In this document: positions 58,501 through 64,000 of the stretch, piece after piece
How positions within the stretch are numbered: position 1 is the stretch's first letter
How the letters are laid out: each line of letters opens with the position of its first letter
UHGV virus genome: UHGV-0213393
Strand: one strand, 5' to 3'
DNA length: 64,000 nucleotides
DNA from: a virus
Notes under the pieces: model-generated
Told to the model about the DNA's origin: nothing
Databases searched by the model: none
Seen by the model: only the letters and a program-made list of their open reading frames with translations
Made by a program: the position numbers and the translations under genes

Positions 58501-61500
58501 AGAACAATTCGCGTCTATCCCGCTACGAGAAAAAACCATCGAGGAGAACTCACAGCAAGCTGTCTTTAATGCTGTGGAAATGGGGCGTCTTGACCTGGCG
58601 TCTGGTAAACACCGTGATGCGCAGAAGAAGAACAAGATTAAGGATCAGGCCGCGAATACCGGTACAACGAAGAAGCAGAATATCCCGTACTTTGAGGATA
58701 TGAACTTCGATAGCGTGATAGCCGACGAGGGGCATAACTACCGCAACTCCTTTAATGCCGGGCGTGAAGCGGGACAACTGGCATATTTGCCTAACCCGGC
58801 AGTATCCAAGATGGCCCGCGACATGGCTGTAAAAGCTGCGTACATGATGAAACGCAACAACGGGCGTGGTGTAGTCATGCTGACGGCAACACCGCTGGTG
58901 AACAGTCCGATTGATGCCTTCAACATGCTGTCTACTGTCATTCCGCAGGAAGAGTGGATGCGCATGGGCATCATTACGCCTGATGATTTCGTTCGTGTGT
59001 TTGGTAAAACAGCCACAGTTCAGGTCCAGAAAATTTCCGGGGAAGTGGAAGAGAAGCAGGGGCTGGTTGGCTTCCAGAACCTTGATGGCCTGCGTGGTAT
59101 TTTCCATCGCTGGACTACTCTGAAGACTGCTGCGGACGTCGGGGCGACGGTTAAAATCCCTGATATTGTCGAGAATACCTTGCAGATCCCGATGACAGGG
59201 GAGCAGGAGGCTGCTTATGAAGAGCTTCGTAAGCGTGCACAGGAGTTAAGTAGTAAAGATGCGCTGACGGTTGATGAAAACGGGCATATCACAAACGAAA
59301 AACCGGATGATTTCATCTTCTCCATCATCCGCGACATGGATAAGGTTGCTATAGATCCGGATCTGTATGCCAGTGCGATTACATTCCAGTTCCCCGTTGA
59401 GCTTGCAGACAAGGTAAAAGCTATTGCTGATGCCCTGCCAAAAGTAGCTGGCGGTAAAGTGGCAGATGATGCAGACGAGGCCGAAGAAGACGGCGCTGGT
59501 GGGCTGGTTAGTACGCGCACCAGTAAGGTAGTGAAGACCACCTTTAGTGAACATCCGGCGCATGTTGAAATACGTGCCAGCATTGAACTGGAAGCTGAAA
59601 TACTGAAGGCCATTGCTGCCGCCGGGATTGATATGCAGCAGGTATCACACCCAATCCCGCCGAAGTATGCCGCGCTGATCGAAAACCTTCGTGAAGGTCT
59701 GAAGAACGGTAAACAAATTGTCTTCATTGATGAAAAAGCCCAGCACCAGAAGCTGCGCCGTATTATCGCCAGTGCACTGCAAATGCCGGAGCAGGAGATA
59801 GGCATTATCAATGCGACGACCGTTAGCCAGGCTGGCGGCATCAAGCTGAAGAAGGTGAATAAGCCGACTGAACCTACTCCGAATAAAAATGGTGAATACA
59901 AAGAAGGGGCATGGGAAACCTACTACAGCAAACTTGCCCAATATGAGGATTATCTCTCAGCTAAAAATGATGCTGGCCTTGAGGGTATGGAAGGCATTGC
60001 CGCCGACTATAACGAAGGGCGCACGCGCATAATTATCTGTAACAAGAAGGCTGAAGTAGGTATTAACCTGCATATCGGGACAACCGATATCCACCACCTG
60101 ACACTACCCTGGACACCAGCCAGTATCGACCAACGAAATGGGCGCGGTGCGCGCGTAGGTTCACCGCAAGAGAAGGTCAATGTTCACTACTATTGTGGCA
60201 AAGGCACATTCGACGACTTCCGTCTGGATACGCTGAAACGTAAGAAAGACTGGATCAAGATGGTGATGACCTCCGACATGTCAGAGATCGCCAATGGTGA
60301 TGCGGATGATGCTGATGAACGCGCCATTATGCTGGCGGCAAACCCGGAAGAACGCCGCGCAATCATGGCTCGCCAGACGCAAGAGCGTGAAGAACGTCTG
60401 AAACTGAAAGCACAGCGCGAGGCCAACAATGCTCTCGATATCTACCTGAAAGCGGCAAACGCCGCTGGAAAAGATATCGGCATGATGGAGACAGAACTGA
60501 AAAGCGCGATGGAACAGATAGAGTATTACCAGCGAAATCTTGACGACCTGATAAAAGCGGGTACGAACAGGAATGGGCAAAAATTCGCGCTTGAGCAGTT
60601 GAGTAGCTACAGAAAACGTGCGCGGGTGCTGCGGTTTGCGATCACCAGGGCAAAAGACGCGGATACCATAATGAAACGCTCTCGTGGTGATGTGGAGCGC
60701 GCTATTAAGTCTGGTGTGCTGGATATCAGTATCGATGTTATTCAGAACCCACAGGAATATATGCGCACTGACAAGAATATCCTGTTGCATAAAGGTAGTT
60801 ATTACCGTGCAGTCATTGATGATCGCGAAACAACAGCGATTGTCCGGGTGGAAAAAATTGACGGTGAAAAAGCACAATACCTCTGCCGTATCGCCTGGCT
60901 GGATAGAGCAAGTCGTTACGCTCGAGCACCGGGGTCAATCGTTACATTGCCGTTTGACTCTGTGATTGAAGCGGTAACTTTTGAAGAGGGGGTAGCTGAA
61001 TCGCGCGCAACGGCTGCGCGTGGTGTTCAGTGCCACCAGCTATCAACAATACTTACTCGCGATCAGTTCTATGATGCTATTCGCAATGGGGTAATGAATG
61101 TTATTGCTGGTAAACCTGGTAATGCATGGGGCGGTGGGTCAGCTATTAAATACTGGGCATATCGCACAGATGATGGTCAGATCGCGCTGTCATCGGCCTA
61201 TGATGGCGTGATAGGCCAAAAAATCGGGCGAGCATCGGATATAGCACCTGAACGATGGATATATCCAGATGGCAACGATGAGGCGCTGAAGCGTGAAGTG
61301 GCAAAAATACAAGCCAGTGATAACCCGCTGAATATCGTGGACGGCGAGGGATTCCTCCAGGCATTGTATGGGTATGATTACATCCAGGGAATGCAGGCAT
61401 GGGGCGCACAGGCAACGATGGATGATGTTGTCCAGGAGTTCGAAAACTGGATGGCTGGGCGTGGTCTGTCAGGTCGTTCGCTTAATAAAGTCACTTCTGA

Positions 61501-62437
61501 GGATATTCTTAGCTTGTTCCGCAAACCGTCCGGAGAAGGTCTGGAATCATTCTGGAGGACCGTGCTGGCATACCGTTTATTCAAGGGCAGAATGAAAGCC
61601 TTTAGCAATATCGATGATATTGAACGGATGTTTAATCAGGTCAAGATCGCCAAAATTAAGACGAAGATCGAAAAAACACGTTCTGCGCTGGTGGCCTGGC
61701 GCGATGCATTGTTTGAGCAATATAAATCACTCAGTGATGCAGATGGATGGGCGGCATTGGAACAGTTGGCGAATAATGGGGTAGATGGAGCGAAACTCGC
61801 CATAGTTCAGGCTGATAACCCCCTGGAATCACCGGCAGCACAGTGGATTAAGGTGGGGGCTGTCATCAATGCATTTGATGAAAAACACATTAGTAAGGAC
61901 GATTTTGCTGATGCTGTTTCTGTTAATCGCCTGGTAGAAATGGCTACCCGCCGCGCCCGTGAGTTGAAAGACGGTGACTATGTGAATGAGTTGCCGGATG
62001 CGCTCAAATCAGCAACGTGGCAAGACTATGTATCGCTGAAAAACGGCGGGGCCACCGAATCAGAGATCGCGGAAAGGCTTGAACAGGCTGAAAGCAAAAG
62101 AGAAGAGCAGGCGGCAGTGGCTGAAGCCAGAGCTGATGAAGCGGCGAATGATGACTATATCATTGTGGTTAATGATAAGCCGATTCGCGCTAAGGCGCGT
62201 GTTCGCGGGCGCTGGTGGAGTGTCAGCGAGGACGTCGGTGCGGTTTATCTCATTGCCGACCAACCAGGTTCCTCGACAATACGGAACGCCAAAGACGCGA
62301 TTAAGAAGATTGGCGGGCGTTTCTGGAATTTTGAAGCAAACCCGGTTGCTGATGTGAACTTTGACCGTCCTGCATGGATGGTATCTACGCGTTACTCGGT
62401 AGATGAACTGCGTAAAATAATCGCCGATGCGGCCTAA
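55586..62437 (+). CDS. darB: DarB-like giant N6-adenine methyltransferase / SNF2-type helicase fusion (anti-restriction candidate)
   Basis: 2283 aa; MTase motifs VLEPSAGTGIF and GNVPFG at the N-terminus; helicase motifs GFGTGLGKTT, DEGHNYRN, LTATPL, QRNGRGARVG; TTG start, no nearby ATG. Confidence 0.75.
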   Translation: MRGLPLDKIIDSISQATSIGALIEIVSRLHKPRAVVTFGVKKVDGVSIQKTRRAANNAAVNLLNSLPPGFDGAKLTDEQRQILAGYTGEGGLTDGEGSQYEYYTPQFMAEGIWDLFGDYGIDSGHVLEPSAGTGIFQETKRQGMIMTSAELSPISGRINQLLHPEDDVNIGAFEALAAKDAMYDHAVGNVPFGEGRSGVAGLDPAYANEKNVGNYFVLRTIDKVKPGGLIVLVVPNGMTDGTKYKKLRDKVSRKAEFLGAHRMPSGTFSESGTDTVVDVWVLRKHPETFLEMIPDTDDATLKSANVLWDTFLKGKWFTTEGKRFVYGDMERTSFRNTLVVKKDGRVSNESMKTALSRRFESRINWDLLGVTTQAWQGAKVGDKRLVGGIWHEFDGLKWVKDTTTKSSALDVSRYGVSTFGDLQIAFQSTNGILALSWDQISAIASDYPSVVSDEVAAMIRFAGKQREKDRERVMRGALIGQLINKALDLRNLGVNVDDKLADASRLAAAEVAKYGPPHAIKLNGLAEAGAKNWMTFTGNVKQDGSTSDLLAGRLDVTDGAAGIDFTRPEQVIAHLFSDVALNPITLGDFREAFAGELPEDDDAALEYLAKFDDIAIDGYGCLLPMDRATSGDIVTKTALLVGWRDASTGEQKANFERQLAKIEEKRIFTPLNKVTVNLNARWLDRRLIKEFLAEQGYDEFKYTEPDLKVVDGILVSPDDYEGKDGVFTGYQLRTVNGKNGNEFKKANNKDGFLNQLENYLNGVKPRGQNANEYLDKIAQLEVSFNDWLRTHPQADQIARDYNDAFNGFIPFTHSNAPLGLEGISGKRIPLTYQNEEVRRLSEDGRGIMGFGTGLGKTTTALALEAYNFETGRTKRTCIVVPKAVYQNWYHEAQSFYSADAFANMMFIGLDEVRDDSGNILTAPVLDENGEPRLDSNGQPLTRNVVKESASAVIVQRMNMIPSSNWRTVIMTKEQFASIPLREKTIEENSQQAVFNAVEMGRLDLASGKHRDAQKKNKIKDQAANTGTTKKQNIPYFEDMNFDSVIADEGHNYRNSFNAGREAGQLAYLPNPAVSKMARDMAVKAAYMMKRNNGRGVVMLTATPLVNSPIDAFNMLSTVIPQEEWMRMGIITPDDFVRVFGKTATVQVQKISGEVEEKQGLVGFQNLDGLRGIFHRWTTLKTAADVGATVKIPDIVENTLQIPMTGEQEAAYEELRKRAQELSSKDALTVDENGHITNEKPDDFIFSIIRDMDKVAIDPDLYASAITFQFPVELADKVKAIADALPKVAGGKVADDADEAEEDGAGGLVSTRTSKVVKTTFSEHPAHVEIRASIELEAEILKAIAAAGIDMQQVSHPIPPKYAALIENLREGLKNGKQIVFIDEKAQHQKLRRIIASALQMPEQEIGIINATTVSQAGGIKLKKVNKPTEPTPNKNGEYKEGAWETYYSKLAQYEDYLSAKNDAGLEGMEGIAADYNEGRTRIIICNKKAEVGINLHIGTTDIHHLTLPWTPASIDQRNGRGARVGSPQEKVNVHYYCGKGTFDDFRLDTLKRKKDWIKMVMTSDMSEIANGDADDADERAIMLAANPEERRAIMARQTQEREERLKLKAQREANNALDIYLKAANAAGKDIGMMETELKSAMEQIEYYQRNLDDLIKAGTNRNGQKFALEQLSSYRKRARVLRFAITRAKDADTIMKRSRGDVERAIKSGVLDISIDVIQNPQEYMRTDKNILLHKGSYYRAVIDDRETTAIVRVEKIDGEKAQYLCRIAWLDRASRYARAPGSIVTLPFDSVIEAVTFEEGVAESRATAARGVQCHQLSTILTRDQFYDAIRNGVMNVIAGKPGNAWGGGSAIKYWAYRTDDGQIALSSAYDGVIGQKIGRASDIAPERWIYPDGNDEALKREVAKIQASDNPLNIVDGEGFLQALYGYDYIQGMQAWGAQATMDDVVQEFENWMAGRGLSGRSLNKVTSEDILSLFRKPSGEGLESFWRTVLAYRLFKGRMKAFSNIDDIERMFNQVKIAKIKTKIEKTRSALVAWRDALFEQYKSLSDADGWAALEQLANNGVDGAKLAIVQADNPLESPAAQWIKVGAVINAFDEKHISKDDFADAVSVNRLVEMATRRARELKDGDYVNELPDALKSATWQDYVSLKNGGATESEIAERLEQAESKREEQAAVAEARADEAANDDYIIVVNDKPIRAKARVRGRWWSVSEDVGAVYLIADQPGSSTIRNAKDAIKKIGGRFWNFEANPVADVNFDRPAWMVSTRYSVDELRKIIADAA

Positions 62438-62448
62438 CAGATAAGGAG

Positions 62449-62464
62449 CGGCCCCAACCGGGGC
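62449..62464 (+). terminator. hairpin GGCCCC-AACC-GGGGCC after the giant gene
   Basis: Inverted repeat; weak T tract. Confidence 0.35.
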
Positions 62465-62473
62465 CGAATTTGA

Positions 62474-62908
62474 ATGACGACATTAATTGACACTGTAAAA
62501 CCGACGGAATCCTACCTTGAGGACATTTTGCCGCAGGCGCTCAATGGCAGGAGTGAAGAGGCGTTTCTGGATGCATATCTGGATGGCATGGCGGAAAGGC
62601 TGAAAAGAGATCCACAGCTTTATCATCTTTATGGGCCGTGGTGGCCTGCGCTTAAAACGTTATTGCTGGAGCGTGGCGACATATCATTTGGACAAGTTGT
62701 AGATAGTGATGTGGCAGAAATCTACAAAATGAGTCGCCCGGCGCTTACGGTTTTAGCCGGGCATCTGTATTCGAGCGATCGCCTGGAAAATGACGCGGTA
62801 TACAATCCCGTTCATGCTCTGGAAGTCGCGCCTTATGCTGATGATACAGAGCCATACGTATACACAAGTTACGACGAATCTATAGAGAAATATCGAATCG
62901 TGGGGTAG
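62474..62908 (+). CDS. hypothetical protein
   Basis: ORF after the darB-like gene. Confidence 0.45.
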   Translation: MTTLIDTVKPTESYLEDILPQALNGRSEEAFLDAYLDGMAERLKRDPQLYHLYGPWWPALKTLLLERGDISFGQVVDSDVAEIYKMSRPALTVLAGHLYSSDRLENDAVYNPVHALEVAPYADDTEPYVYTSYDESIEKYRIVG

Positions 62909-62910
62909 CC

Positions 62911-63171
62911 ATGCGGAAGAATCGTAGGTTTACGATCGACGACTTAAAAGCGTACTCACAAGGGAAGGGATACGCCCTTGAATACCACCGTTATAAGCGG
63001 GTATTTACCCTGCGGCATATAGAAAACCCTTCGAAATGGGGATGGATTTATTTTCCGCACACTGACGATAAGCTGGTGGGACTTGTTGATGATTTATCCT
63101 ATGAAGGATGGATGATTGCTATCGACAAGGCGGTTACGGAAATTAACGAACCTGATAAAATAAACCATTAA
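62911..63171 (+). CDS. hypothetical protein
   Basis: ORF coupled to the upstream gene. Confidence 0.4.
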   Translation: MRKNRRFTIDDLKAYSQGKGYALEYHRYKRVFTLRHIENPSKWGWIYFPHTDDKLVGLVDDLSYEGWMIAIDKAVTEINEPDKINH

Positions 63172-63357
63172 AAATAACAAGTTGGGTAAATGACATACAA
63201 TTTACCCGGCTTGTTGACCCGCATCACCATTTACTCTAAAAACAAGTCCGACCTGTTGCATCCGCCTATCTCTTCAGTAGTATTCCCCTCGGTTTTGATA
63301 AAACTAACGCTCTTGTTATTATCGTGTTCATGATTTCAGGAAGTTTGTGTTAGAAAT

Positions 63358-63804
63358 TTGATGCGAAGACGCAGGCATCATAGTGCGTATTCTGAAATAT
63401 CCCCGCACGCTGCTGCACTGAGAGAGTTAGAAAGAAATCCTGACTTATTAAAACGGAATTACGAACATTACGAACAGGTTCGCGTTCTGGATTGGCTGTA
63501 TCGCAACATGCGATACGTGTATGAGCACACACACTCAACACCGAACGGCGGCCTGAGAGGCAAAAGGACAGCCATTAAGATGGTGGCAGAAGGTCAGAAG
63601 AAGGGCTATCCGGACCTTTCTATTGACCTTGCTCGTGGTGGGTATCACGGAATGCGCATTGAGATGAAGCACGGGAGAAACCGTCTGACTCCCGAACAGC
63701 TCGTCTGGATGACTCGCCTCACGGAAGCAGGCTATTACTGCTTTGAGGCGCGCAGTGCCGATGAAGCCATAAAAGCTATCACGGAATATGTAAATCTTGA
63801 TTAA
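63358..63804 (+). CDS. VRR-NUC domain nuclease
   Basis: PD-(D/E)xK-type pattern GYPDLSIDL...GMRIEMKHG; operator-like motif immediately upstream. Confidence 0.55.
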   Translation: MMRRRRHHSAYSEISPHAAALRELERNPDLLKRNYEHYEQVRVLDWLYRNMRYVYEHTHSTPNGGLRGKRTAIKMVAEGQKKGYPDLSIDLARGGYHGMRIEMKHGRNRLTPEQLVWMTRLTEAGYYCFEARSADEAIKAITEYVNLD

Positions 63805-63819
63805 ACGGAGAAATCGTTT

Positions 63820-64000
63820 TGCGTTTACTTAACGTGGCTGAACTTATCCCTGCCGGCGCTAACGTTGTTGCTCGTCGCTGCTCATGGCCTCATTCTTTCT
63901 GTATAGAGCTTAAAAAGATGGATGATGGGGCATTAGAAGCCCGAAACATAGTTACCGGCGACAAGGTATGCATTACCCCGGAAAGCGCGAAAGCCAATGA
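63820..64000 (+). CDS. partial ORF running off the window end (TTG start after GGAGAAA)
   Basis: Open frame to the window edge; resembles the small Rha-associated proteins (RRCSWP...). Confidence 0.3.

Noticed and set aside
1-64000. Possibility that the two Rha-containing ends represent a circular wrap-around or assembly duplication
   Set aside because: The two copies differ by many substitutions and by a frame difference and are followed by different genes, so they are diverged paralogs.
1-64000. tRNA, rRNA or retron-like elements
   Set aside because: No convincing cloverleaf-type T-arm/anticodon arrangement, no reverse-transcriptase motif (YxDD) in any ORF, and no rRNA-like segments seen by eye; this needs tRNAscan/Infernal to confirm.

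Overview
The window reads as about 64 kb of a P1-like temperate phage-plasmid (myovirus-type structural genes plus plasmid maintenance functions) from an enterobacterial host. All calls are from reading the sequence and the supplied ORF translations by eye; no database search or computation was run, and coordinates of short motifs are approximate (about +/-2 nt). Main content: an iteron-controlled RepA replicon (DnaA boxes, GATC cluster, incC/incA-like iterons) embedded among tail genes; two partition systems back to back (ParM/ParR and ParF/ParG-like); higBA and a hicB module whose hicA partner appears destroyed by an IS200/IS605-family TnpB element; RdgC; a Dam methylase preceded by a C5-methyltransferase-like ORF; sheath/tube/baseplate/tail-fibre genes, capsid, portal and protease candidates; lysis genes (holin-like, overlapping spanins, CHAP-type peptidase); a lydAB/darA-like block and a 2283-aa DarB-like methyltransferase-helicase; two diverged Rha-family regulator paralogs. 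The best candidate for an undescribed system is an AT-rich, translationally coupled three-gene cassette at 1290-3294 (small protein / HExxH metallopeptidase-like / dCTP-deaminase-like), which I propose as a nucleotide-depletion-type defence or counter-defence module. Other points worth a second look: a dispersed operator-like motif TATGTTAGAAAATTAA in at least five intergenic regions, a -1 frameshift heptamer at the capsid-candidate stop leading into a split Ig-like domain, an amber-interrupted secreted-protein gene, and an AT-rich XRE-regulator plus membrane-protein islet.
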